31,283 nt of DNA, taken from contig JBHIEI010000012.1 in the NCBI GenBank assembly GCA_046760555.1, positions 1 through 31,283 on the forward strand, in the 5' to 3' direction. The translations under genes and the position numbers were made by a program. Below, piece by piece: positions 23,822 to 31,283 of the stretch; position 1 is the stretch's first letter; every line of letters begins with the position of its first letter. This stretch comes from Candidatus Bathyarchaeia archaeon. Its GTDB lineage: Archaea; Thermoproteota; Bathyarchaeia; JBHIEI01. A model generated the notes under the pieces. It saw only the letters and a list, made by a program, of their open reading frames with translations. It had not been told where the DNA came from and did not search any database.

Positions 23822-24636
23822 TCCTCTCGCGTAGACCGATCATTGCCCTTCTGACCGATCTAGGAGGCAAGGACCCCTACGTCTCTGAGATGAAAGCAGT
23901 CATTCTTTCGATATGCCCAGACGCTACCATCGTAGACATCACCCACGAGGTAAAGAAGTTCGACGTCCGGATGGGCGCCTATATCCTCTCATCAGCGGTC
24001 CCGTACTTTCCCGAGGGGTCGATTTTCGTGTGTGTGGTTGACCCCGGTGTCGGTACGAAGAGGAGGCTTCTAGCGGTGAGGACCAAGAGGGGACACTACC
24101 TCATCGGACCTGATAACGGATTACTTGTGCCCGCCTCACAAAGGGAGGGAATAGATGCCGTGGTAGATTTGCAGGAAAAGCGGTTCATGCTTCCGAGCGT
24201 TTCACCCACATTCCATGGCAGAGACGTAATGGCCCCGGTTGCCGCCAACATCGCAAAGGGAGCAGAGCTGGACGAGCTCGGTCCCAGGATTGACGACATC
24301 CTTACGCCTGGATTCTCCGCACCAGAAGTTGGCAGGGATGAAATTGTGGGGGAGGTTCTCCATGTTGATGATTTCGGGAATATAATAACGAACATAGAGG
24401 GCTCAACCATCAAGAGGACGACAAAGGTTGGGGGTGAACTGGCTATGGATCTGGGTCGAAGAGCCCTGAGATTGAAACTCTGTCGGACCTATGCAGACTC
24501 TCCGGATAGGACGTTTTTAGCCTTGATCGGTAGCTCTGGGCTCCTAGAGATAGCAATGAATCAAGGGAATGCAGCTGAGACCCTCTCGATTAATCGAGGA
24601 GACTCCGTTCGAGTCCATGTGCTGAGAACGCATTGA
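23818..24636 (+). CDS. SAM hydroxide adenosyltransferase (SAM hydrolase, DUF62 / fluorinase-chlorinase-like family)
   Basis: 272 aa with IALLTDLGGKDPYVSEMKAVILSICPDATIVDITHEVKKFDV. It has a GTG start that overlaps the aminotransferase stop by 4 nt. Confidence 0.75.
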   Translation: MILSRRPIIALLTDLGGKDPYVSEMKAVILSICPDATIVDITHEVKKFDVRMGAYILSSAVPYFPEGSIFVCVVDPGVGTKRRLLAVRTKRGHYLIGPDNGLLVPASQREGIDAVVDLQEKRFMLPSVSPTFHGRDVMAPVAANIAKGAELDELGPRIDDILTPGFSAPEVGRDEIVGEVLHVDDFGNIITNIEGSTIKRTTKVGGELAMDLGRRALRLKLCRTYADSPDRTFLALIGSSGLLEIAMNQGNAAETLSINRGDSVRVHVLRTH

Positions 24637-24688
24637 TCGGGCAATTTTGGAAAAAGAAAAAAGCGAGCTGGAGAACTAGAACGTTGCG

Positions 24689-25222
24689 ATGAAAGGAGCA
24701 GCCAATCGTGGGCTCTTCGTTCTTAGGGCTCAGCCGATCCATAAGGGTCATGTCGAGGCGATTCAGAGTGTACTCAGGGAGGTAGACGAGCTTGTCATCG
24801 CGATCGGATCAGCCCAACTCAACTATACCCCCGAAAACCCCTTTACCGTCGGGGAGCGCATCGAGATGCTCAGAGCTGCTCTTGATGAGGCGGGAATAGA
24901 CGCGAGGCGCATCATCATCGTCCCAGTACCCGACATTCATAGCCACCGAACGTGGGTATCCCATGTGATCTCCTTTTCCCCCCGTTTCGGTGTGGTCTAC
25001 TCGAATAACCCCACGGTTGTGCTTCCATTTAAGGACGCTGGCTACAAGGTTAGACCCCTACCACCGTTTAATAGGAAGGAGTACTCCTCAACAAACATCA
25101 GGCAGCGGATTGCGACGGATAAGAGGTGGGAGGACCTCGTCCCCGCTTCTGTGGTCGGCTACATCAGAGAGATAGGCGGAGAAGAAAGGATCAGGACGTT
25201 AACGAGGTCTAAGTGGATCTGA
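24689..25222 (+). CDS. nadM: Nicotinamide-nucleotide adenylyltransferase (archaeal NMNAT)
   Basis: 177 aa with RGLFVLRAQPIHKGH (archaeal NMNAT GRFQPFHKGH-type motif) and ISSTNIR near the C-terminus. Confidence 0.75.
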   Translation: MKGAANRGLFVLRAQPIHKGHVEAIQSVLREVDELVIAIGSAQLNYTPENPFTVGERIEMLRAALDEAGIDARRIIIVPVPDIHSHRTWVSHVISFSPRFGVVYSNNPTVVLPFKDAGYKVRPLPPFNRKEYSSTNIRQRIATDKRWEDLVPASVVGYIREIGGEERIRTLTRSKWI

Positions 25223-25571
25223 TTCTACCGGATCCGGAACGCTGTTTGGCGAGGTAACGGTTCAGATCGATGCGACCGGCTCGGACGACAACCCCTTCTG
25301 AACTGAGCAAGCTGATCTTTCTCTCGATACCAAGAGGATGAGAATAACCGCCGATCCTACCATTGCTCCGCACGACCCTATGGCATGGCACACTCACGGG
25401 TTTAGGGTTCCTACTCAGCGCTTTTCCAACTGCTCTGGCGAGGTGCTTTGAGCCGAGTGAATCGGCGACCATACCGTAGGTCATCACCCTTCCCGGGGGG
25501 ATCGTTCTGACTATGTCGTAGACCGCCCTGTCGAAGTCCTTCAGTTTCCTTACCCTCGGGTGCTTCATCAT
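25209..25571 (-). CDS. MGMT-family protein (O6-alkylguanine-DNA alkyltransferase DNA-binding domain only, active-site Cys present)
   Basis: 120 aa with the VPCHRVV active-site motif and a GGY...LL..EG tail. The N-terminal domain is absent. Confidence 0.65.
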   Translation of the reverse strand: MMKHPRVRKLKDFDRAVYDIVRTIPPGRVMTYGMVADSLGSKHLARAVGKALSRNPKPVSVPCHRVVRSNGRIGGYSHPLGIERKISLLSSEGVVVRAGRIDLNRYLAKQRSGSGRIRST

Positions 25572-25583
25572 CGATCGGGCTTC

Positions 25584-26462
25584 CTATCGGTGGTTTGACT
25601 CGGCGCCCTCCTCACACTCTCTACACTCGAATTGCAGCGTGGTGTGAGTGATATTGTACTCTCTCGCCAGGCATCGGTTTATTTCCTTGATCAGTCTCTC
25701 GGTATCTCTAACATGAATGCTGTCAACTAAAACGTGGGCGCTCAAGGCGTGGAGATTCGAGCTCAAGCTCCAGATGTGGACGTCGTGCAACCTGCGTACG
25801 CCATCAATGTTACAAACCCTCCTCACCACATCATCGGGATCGATATGCCTTGGCGTTCCCTCCATCAGGATGTTCACCGAATCCCTAACAAGCCCGTATG
25901 AGCTGATGAGGATGATCCCACCGATCAGAAAGCTTAGGATCGGATCGATGATGTAGATGCCCGTTAGCATAATCAGAATCCCGGCAGTAACGACCACAAC
26001 GGAAGAAAGCGTGTCTGCGATAACGTGTAGGAATATGCCCTTTATGTTGAGATCTTGTGCTCCACGTAGTACCCTGGCCACCCAAACATTCCCGAAAAGT
26101 CCGACCATCGCGATTGACAGCATCTCGGCACTTTTAACCTCTAAAGGGGAGAGGGCTCGCACATAGGCCCCGTAGAAGACCAGAAAGGCGATCCCGATCA
26201 CGGTGAGCCCATTGATCAATGCGGCGAGGATCTCGGAGCGATGGTATCCGAAGGTGGCACCCTTATTTGATGGTCTATCTGCAAGTTTGGCCGCGCCGAA
26301 ACCTATCCCGATGGCGAAAATGTGCATCATCATGTGAGCCGAGTCACTCAAAAGCGCAAAGCTATTGGAAATCAGTCCTCCGATGACCTCGGCGACGAAA
26401 ATGACGGATGTGATTATGATTACTAACCTGAGTCTCTCTATAGTGGTATAATCCTCCCTCAT
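25584..26462 (-). CDS. Cation diffusion facilitator (CDF) family divalent metal efflux transporter
   Basis: 292 aa with six TM helices. TM2 and TM5 carry the H/D metal site (SDSAHMMMH and LHVIAD), and a C-terminal cytoplasmic domain is present. Confidence 0.8.
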   Translation of the reverse strand: MREDYTTIERLRLVIIITSVIFVAEVIGGLISNSFALLSDSAHMMMHIFAIGIGFGAAKLADRPSNKGATFGYHRSEILAALINGLTVIGIAFLVFYGAYVRALSPLEVKSAEMLSIAMVGLFGNVWVARVLRGAQDLNIKGIFLHVIADTLSSVVVVTAGILIMLTGIYIIDPILSFLIGGIILISSYGLVRDSVNILMEGTPRHIDPDDVVRRVCNIDGVRRLHDVHIWSLSSNLHALSAHVLVDSIHVRDTERLIKEINRCLAREYNITHTTLQFECRECEEGAESNHR

Positions 26463-26468
26463 TCTTTC

Positions 26469-26765
26469 CTACCCTTTCTCAATAACGTGATTCGAGCAGT
26501 CCTTGATCATGCGGAAAACGTGATCGTCGGCAATCCGATAAAAGATTCTCCTGCCCTCGCGCTTGGGTCTCACGAGATCCATCTGTCGTAGGATCCTCAG
26601 CTGATGGGACACCGCAGATTGAGACACGTTGATTTCGCGCGCGATTTCGGAGACGCAGAGGGCGCTCCTCTCCAGTGCCTTGATTATCTTCAACCTCGTC
26701 TCATCTGAGAGAATTTGGAAAGTCGCTGCGACTCTCCTGAGAGCATCTGCCTCACTCTCCCTCAA
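26469..26765 (-). CDS. arsR: ArsR/SmtB-family metalloregulatory transcriptional repressor
   Basis: 98 aa with LSDETRLKIIKAL...LCVSEIAREINVSQSAVSHQLRILRQMDLV, the HTH that is the family signature. It lies directly upstream of the CDF gene on the same strand. Confidence 0.8.
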   Translation of the reverse strand: MRESEADALRRVAATFQILSDETRLKIIKALERSALCVSEIAREINVSQSAVSHQLRILRQMDLVRPKREGRRIFYRIADDHVFRMIKDCSNHVIEKG

Positions 26766-26770
26766 TCTGG

Positions 26771-26786
26771 ATGTTCATATGAACAT
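26771..26786. promoter_or_regulatory. Perfect 16-bp palindrome ATGTTCATATGAACAT between a TATA-like box (tatattaaaatat, 26803-26815) and the arsR start codon, a candidate ArsR operator
   Basis: The sequence is identical to its reverse complement. It sits where a repressor would occlude initiation for the minus-strand arsR-CDF operon. Confidence 0.45.
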
Positions 26787-26826
26787 TTGCTCATATATTA
26801 AAATATTGGGTCGATCCATGACGGGG

Positions 26827-27897
26827 CTATAGATGCCTGTTCACCAGACCAGCCCCCTCACAGACTATCTTGGCCTTCTCGCCTAGTTTGCCTTCCACGC
26901 TAAACTCAGAGCCCACTATTCTTCTGGCCAGTTCGATCGCCGTGAGGGTATGCATAGTCAGTTTACTCACCGTCAGCTCAGATCTTCCTTCCGCGAGCGA
27001 TAGCCAGATAACCAGGTTGTCTCCTGTATGTAGGTCTACTGCCGCCCCGGTGGCCAACTGATCTGCCAGCAACCTCGCAGCCTCCCTCCCTACCACTTCC
27101 GCGGGCTTCCCTCTTTCACCGAGACTATCTGCCTCGATCAAACAGCCCGTTGATGTCGTGGCCCACAATATGACAAGGCTTCCGGGGGAGAGCGAGTCGC
27201 GCTTGCCTGACAGGACGTCGACCTCGATGGCAACGTTCTCGTATCCAGCCCCTGCGAGGAACTTTCTGGCAGCCCTGGCTTGCCTTTCCGCTACGTGAGA
27301 GGGAAGGCGTCCGCACATCGACACCCCCTCAACTCGTTTGACGTGGCCCATCTCGGTCATTCTCAGAGCCCTGAGCCTCTTAACCGGCTCAATCAGGACC
27401 TTAACGATGCCTCCCCCCTTGGGGTAGAAGCCCTCCCTCAGGACATCGATCTCTCCCCTGAAACCCATCCTTCCCAGTAGGGGCCAGATTACCTCCTTCA
27501 GCGCCAATACGGGCACGCCCCACCTGACCTCGGTCCCGCCTCGTATCTTGGCTGAGACGGATGTGGGAGCAAAGGACGCGGCGGGAGCCAGACTCTGAAG
27601 GAGGAGACCTATGCTGCCGGCGGTCCCTATGTCGATCTCGTAATGACCTCCCCTGATTCCCTTGGGGGCGAACTCGATCTCCCTAGATCCGATTTCGAGC
27701 CCCCCCGTCTTAGCCCCTGATAGATTCGCTAGAGCCCTGGCCGCGGTTAGGTGCTGGGGCTTCAACCCTGGGTCGGGTCTTTTGATTCTGATATTGGACA
27801 CCTTGATCGGTAGTGAGGAGACCACACTGTACGCCAGCGCCATCCGAAGCAGCTGCCCTCCTCCCTCCAGGATGGAGCCGTCTATGTGAACGACCAC
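26827..27897 (-). CDS. rtcA: RNA 3-prime-terminal phosphate cyclase
   Basis: 356 aa opening DGSILEGGGQLLRMALAYSVVSSLPIKVSNIR with a conserved His-containing region, matching the RtcA family. Confidence 0.8.
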   Translation of the reverse strand: MVVHIDGSILEGGGQLLRMALAYSVVSSLPIKVSNIRIKRPDPGLKPQHLTAARALANLSGAKTGGLEIGSREIEFAPKGIRGGHYEIDIGTAGSIGLLLQSLAPAASFAPTSVSAKIRGGTEVRWGVPVLALKEVIWPLLGRMGFRGEIDVLREGFYPKGGGIVKVLIEPVKRLRALRMTEMGHVKRVEGVSMCGRLPSHVAERQARAARKFLAGAGYENVAIEVDVLSGKRDSLSPGSLVILWATTSTGCLIEADSLGERGKPAEVVGREAARLLADQLATGAAVDLHTGDNLVIWLSLAEGRSELTVSKLTMHTLTAIELARRIVGSEFSVEGKLGEKAKIVCEGAGLVNRHL

Positions 27898-27908
27898 TTC
27901 AATGAAGA

Positions 27909-28514
27909 CTAAAAGCTGATCGACTCTTCCTTGACGCCACTCTTTCTGAGGATGATCAGGTCCACACCGTCTCCCGATATGGCATCGCGAGAAATGGCCG
28001 ATTTCACGGTTCTCAGAGCCAGTTCCTTCGCCTCCTTCTCGGATAAGCCATCCTTGTAACCCTCTTCGAGTACACCTGCTGCGATTTCGGCCCCTGAACC
28101 TATGGCTACGTACTTGTCCTCAATCACTGAGCCCAGGGGATCGAGTGCGTACACGGCAGGTCCTTCGTCGTCAACACCACCTATTATGGTCTGCGTGAGA
28201 AAGGGTATGAGCCTCATTCCGAATAGTAGATTCGAAACGAGTTTGGCTGCCGATCGAACAGGAATCGGTCGCTTGTTGTCGAGCCTGAACAATTCCGCGT
28301 AGATCTGGCTCTCGCGGATGAGGGTCTGCATATCGGAAACGAGTCCGGCACAGGCGGCTCCCACGTGAGGCGCGACCTTGAACACCTTCTTAGCGGATCT
28401 ACTCACCACGTAGTGGCCGTAGGAGAAGCGTTTCTCCGACGCAAGTATTACCCCATCTTTGAATACCAAGCCTACGGTAGTACCCCCAGTTATTGGAATA
28501 AAACGCTGGCTCAA
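27909..28514 (-). CDS. psmB: Proteasome beta subunit (propeptide cleaved before TTVGL)
   Basis: 201 aa with ITGG|TTVGLVFKDGVILASEKR, the N-terminal Thr nucleophile signature. Confidence 0.9.
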   Translation of the reverse strand: MSQRFIPITGGTTVGLVFKDGVILASEKRFSYGHYVVSRSAKKVFKVAPHVGAACAGLVSDMQTLIRESQIYAELFRLDNKRPIPVRSAAKLVSNLLFGMRLIPFLTQTIIGGVDDEGPAVYALDPLGSVIEDKYVAIGSGAEIAAGVLEEGYKDGLSEKEAKELALRTVKSAISRDAISGDGVDLIILRKSGVKEESISF

Positions 28515-28541
28515 CTCTACCTTATACTGCCTAGTAGTCAG

Positions 28542-29519
28542 TTAAAAATCAACCCTCAGTGGCCGCTTCTCAGCGAACCTGCTGAGCAGGACCACGCGAG
28601 ATGCCGGGCTCTCATCGAGGAGGTTATAGCCAAGCTCGGTAGCCAACTCCTTGGCAAACTCTTCGACTTGCGTGTGAGTGGGCATGTTGTGAAAATCGAT
28701 CCTCTTCCTAGAGAAACCCACGAACATGGATGCCTTGGGCTCAACGAAATCAGGGTGGGCCTTCCGGATGAGTCTGGCGTATCTCTCAGGATCCTTCATG
28801 TTGAAACTCTCGACCAGGGTTATCCTGATAACCGTCCTACAGCCCAGTGAAGGAATCAGTTCCAGAGAGTCATCGATCCTCTCCCACGCGTTGGAGATCT
28901 GCGGCCTACACGTCCTAACGAAGGCATTCCTGTCGGGCGCACAAAGCGATACGTACAGCTGTGTGGGTTCTTCGTCGAGTTGTGCCAGGGCCTCGGGCGA
29001 TGTTCCGTTCGTCACGAGGAATGTGGTGAATCCTCTTTTATGGAACTCCGATATGAGTTCCCCGAGTCGGGGATAAAGCGTTGGCTCTCCAGCCAGACTT
29101 ATAGCCACGTGCCTCGGCTCCATCGCCTCCCCGAGCTTCTTAATGGGGACCTTGGGGTTGCTCTTGTATCCGCTAACCAAACGCTTCTGCGATGCCAAGC
29201 ACCCATCGACGATCTCGGTGGGATCATCCCACTTGGCTGCAGCCAGCTCGTTCCACGAGATGTCAACGTCTTCCGGTTGAACTCTCCAGCAGAAGAGGCA
29301 TCGCATATTGCAGAAGGCCACCGTCGGGGTCATTTGGATGCATCTATGGCTCTCGATCCCATAGAATCGTTGCTTGTAGCAAACGCGATCGTTTACCAAG
29401 CTTTCGTAAAGCCATCTGCAGCGCTTGACCGCTGAGTGGGCTCCTACCAGGTGATACTTCTGCCGTCTAAGAATGGCTTCTAGCTGTATGGGAAGTGCGC
29501 TTGCGGACTCTACCATCAA
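28542..29519 (-). CDS. taw1: tRNA 4-demethylwyosine synthase (radical SAM, wyosine biosynthesis)
   Basis: 325 aa with YKQRFYGIESHRCIQMTPTVAFCNMRCLFCWR, the Taw1/TYW1 signature with two Cys clusters. Confidence 0.8.
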   Translation of the reverse strand: MMVESASALPIQLEAILRRQKYHLVGAHSAVKRCRWLYESLVNDRVCYKQRFYGIESHRCIQMTPTVAFCNMRCLFCWRVQPEDVDISWNELAAAKWDDPTEIVDGCLASQKRLVSGYKSNPKVPIKKLGEAMEPRHVAISLAGEPTLYPRLGELISEFHKRGFTTFLVTNGTSPEALAQLDEEPTQLYVSLCAPDRNAFVRTCRPQISNAWERIDDSLELIPSLGCRTVIRITLVESFNMKDPERYARLIRKAHPDFVEPKASMFVGFSRKRIDFHNMPTHTQVEEFAKELATELGYNLLDESPASRVVLLSRFAEKRPLRVDF

Positions 29520-29527
29520 GTGTTTAT

Positions 29528-29806
29528 CTATGACGAATCCTCGGTCTCATACCTAAATATCTCGGTAGTGCATACGGCGGCGATGTGCTTGCAGTACTCG
29601 CCCCGATCTACGAAATAAGGACAGGTACACGTTATTCTAACCCCTCTAAGCCGAATCGTGTAGCGGGCACCATTGGGACTCCACACCAGCCACTCCATCT
29701 CCGATATCCTCCTCAAATTGCGGAGATAGGGTGAAGCCCTGATCCTGATTCTTAGTGGTATACTGCGAAGTAGCTCGGCCCAAAATTGCTGTTCTTTTGG
29801 AGGCAA
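29528..29806 (-). CDS. SWIM-type zinc-finger protein
   Basis: 92 aa with CTCPYF...GEYCKHIAAV (a CxCx(n)CxH SWIM motif). Confidence 0.5.
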   Translation of the reverse strand: MPPKEQQFWAELLRSIPLRIRIRASPYLRNLRRISEMEWLVWSPNGARYTIRLRGVRITCTCPYFVDRGEYCKHIAAVCTTEIFRYETEDSS

Positions 29807-29931
29807 CCAGAGTACATAATCGGTTGTTAAAATATTTTCTCTGCCAAACGATCTGCTCTGTTATCCCGGAACCGCCCTCCAAGGAACAATCTTGGGGTAA
29901 ATACAAAAGAGCAGCGACGATTCCTTATTGA

Positions 29932-30003
29932 GGGCCGATAGTTCAGTGGTAGAACACTCGGTTGACGTCCGAGAGGTCGTGGGTCCGATTCCCACTCGGC
30001 CCA
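29932..30003 (+). tRNA. tRNA-Val (anticodon GAC)
   Basis: GGGCCGA-TA-GTTC-AGTGGTA-GAAC-A-CTCGG-TTGACGT-CCGAG-AGGTC-GTGGG-TCCGATT-CCCAC-TCGGCCC-A, 72 nt with no intron. Confidence 0.9.
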
Positions 30004-30058
30004 TACGCTAGCTGACGCTAACTCCCTTGCCAACCGCTGGGCGAATCGTTTCCAGAGT

Positions 30059-30985
30059 CTATTCCTGAGGTAGGGGGATGATGTACTGTCCCTGACCCGT
30101 GATAACGATGATCCTCGCTCCCTTTTCCGTCATCTCCTTGTACGCTTCTAACTGCAAGAACAGTGCAGTTATCTCGGCTGGATCCGCACCTGTGTACTCG
30201 GCCAGTAACCTCAGCGACTGTGCCGTTCCGTTTGCTACGATGATCCTCTCTTTGGCTCTGGCATCAGCCAGCGTCAGGATTTGCTGTCTCTGAAACTCTG
30301 CCTGCTTGGCCTGCTGCTCCGCCGACAGCTTTGCCTCAATCGCCTCGGTGAATCTAGCGGGTAGCGATATGTCCCTTAGGTTTAGCTCTTGAAGTAGGAT
30401 CGCCCCCGCGACCGACTCCTCTGCCTGCAATTTGGCATTGAGCTTATTGAAGAACTCTTGGCTTATCTCTTCCCTATATTCGATGGTCTCGATGGCATTG
30501 TACTTCACGATGGTGTCCCTTATCACCTGCCTGATCGTGGGGATGATGGTTCTGGTCTTCCAGTCGGCTTTGGGATAGTTCAAGAACAAAGGCTTCACCT
30601 GAGATGGGCTTACAGACCACCTTATCGTTAGGTCGATTCCAACAGCCAACCCATCCTTGGTCAGTGAGGGTGCTGAGGGAAAATCGGGTGGGGGGGCATT
30701 CGGGTACATGTGGATGTAGTCCACGGCCACATAAACTCTATGGGCAGCGGCCCACGGTGGCTTCAGGTAGTACTGTGCCTTTGTGCCGTCTCCCACCGTC
30801 CAGACGGATTTCAGGATGGGGTCCGTGATCACGGCGACCTCCCCGACGGCGATCGAGGCCACTGAAAATAGTAGAGCGCCCACGATGACTATTAGCAGTC
30901 CCACAAGCAACCAGAACTTTCCGCTGGAGGCCAATCGCTCGCCCAACGAGGGCTGGTACCTTCTGACCCTAATCTCTTCTCCCAT
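30059..30985 (-). CDS. SPFH/band-7 (prohibitin/stomatin-like) membrane protein
   Basis: 308 aa with an N-terminal TM helix, a band-7 domain, and a C-terminal coiled-coil rich in AEQQAKQAEFQRQQ. Confidence 0.8.
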   Translation of the reverse strand: MGEEIRVRRYQPSLGERLASSGKFWLLVGLLIVIVGALLFSVASIAVGEVAVITDPILKSVWTVGDGTKAQYYLKPPWAAAHRVYVAVDYIHMYPNAPPPDFPSAPSLTKDGLAVGIDLTIRWSVSPSQVKPLFLNYPKADWKTRTIIPTIRQVIRDTIVKYNAIETIEYREEISQEFFNKLNAKLQAEESVAGAILLQELNLRDISLPARFTEAIEAKLSAEQQAKQAEFQRQQILTLADARAKERIIVANGTAQSLRLLAEYTGADPAEITALFLQLEAYKEMTEKGARIIVITGQGQYIIPLPQE

Positions 30986-31149
30986 GCTTTGTCACTTTCT
31001 GACCCGCCTAATAAATATGATTCTAGGAACCGAGGATACTCGCTAAGCTGCTCACACGATCAGGTCTCAAAAACTGTTCCTTATATATCCCTCCAGCCTA
31101 AACCGGGCTTCAGCAAAGTGTAAATTGTAGAGGAGACGATGGTTTTAAG

Positions 31150-31283
31150 ATGGCCAGGGTATCGCCTTTGATTACCGGCTTTGTAGTAGGGATTTGGATA
31201 GCTATAGGGCAAGCCGTTTTCAGGATCTTTCCTCCTAATGTCTATACCGTGTGTATGATTGGACAGCCAAACGATCTCTTCAG
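31150..31283 (+). CDS. 5-prime end of a membrane protein gene running off the window
   Basis: ATG-initiated MARVSPLITGFVVGIWIAIGQAVFRIFPPNVYTVCMIGQ... is hydrophobic. It is truncated by the window edge. Confidence 0.3.
   Translation, partial: MARVSPLITGFVVGIWIAIGQAVFRIFPPNVYTVCMIGQPNDLF

Noticed and set aside
28365-29435. Plus-strand ORFs 28365-28850, 28726-29076, 28980-29435, 29192-29428
   Set aside because: They are antisense to psmB and taw1, both of which carry unambiguous signatures.
1-31283. CRISPR arrays, rRNA genes, transposase or integrase genes
   Set aside because: I found no short, regularly spaced direct repeats, no rRNA-like conserved stretches, and no ORF with integrase or transposase motifs (R...HxxR...Y, or DDE) in any frame I examined.

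Overview
Archaeal chromosomal window of about 31 kb with roughly 52% GC by eye. Archaeal identity rests on intron-containing tRNAs, archaeal RibL, the CTP-dependent riboflavin kinase/regulator fusion RbkR, Taw1, proteasome beta, diphthine synthase, archaeal NMNAT and a DpsL-like ferritin. I can support about 36 protein genes, many using GTG or TTG starts and 4-nt overlaps. I also find 4 tRNAs: Leu-TAG, Val-GAC, Glu-TTC with a canonical intron, and an odd tRNA with an about 18-nt insert between the D and anticodon arms (tentatively Thr-GGT). A few putative archaeal promoter and operator elements are called. Housekeeping and cofactor genes sit at both ends: thiL, rubrerythrin, purM, dph5-DUF357-ribL/rbkR, nfi, aminotransferase-SAM hydrolase-NMNAT, arsR-CDF, rtcA, psmB, taw1 and an SPFH protein. 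The most unusual part is the segment from about 11.4 to 19.6 kb. It is bounded by diverged direct repeats of about 300 bp. The right repeat abuts the 3-prime end of tRNA-Glu. The left repeat ends in the same GTGCCCC-N-GG core and then continues into a second repeat of about 100 bp, which recurs at 16.1 kb. The segment carries nikR divergent from a small membrane protein plus a Zn/Cd-type P1B ATPase, a vapBC toxin-antitoxin pair, a cluster of four small membrane proteins (a C-terminal remnant of one paralog sits inside both long repeats), and an SRPBCC protein. I read this as a tRNA-associated accessory island with recombination scars, but no integrase is visible. Other notable items are an orphan cobalamin-binding radical SAM enzyme preceded by a long leader and small ORFs, a 738-aa secreted transglutaminase-like protein with three large tandem repeats that include a 147-bp perfect intragenic duplicate, a DpsL gene split by a single-nucleotide frameshift, a multiply frameshifted BtrH_N-like pseudogene, and an AT-rich block covering the 5-prime third of purM. 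I found no CRISPR array, no rRNA and no recognisable transposase.
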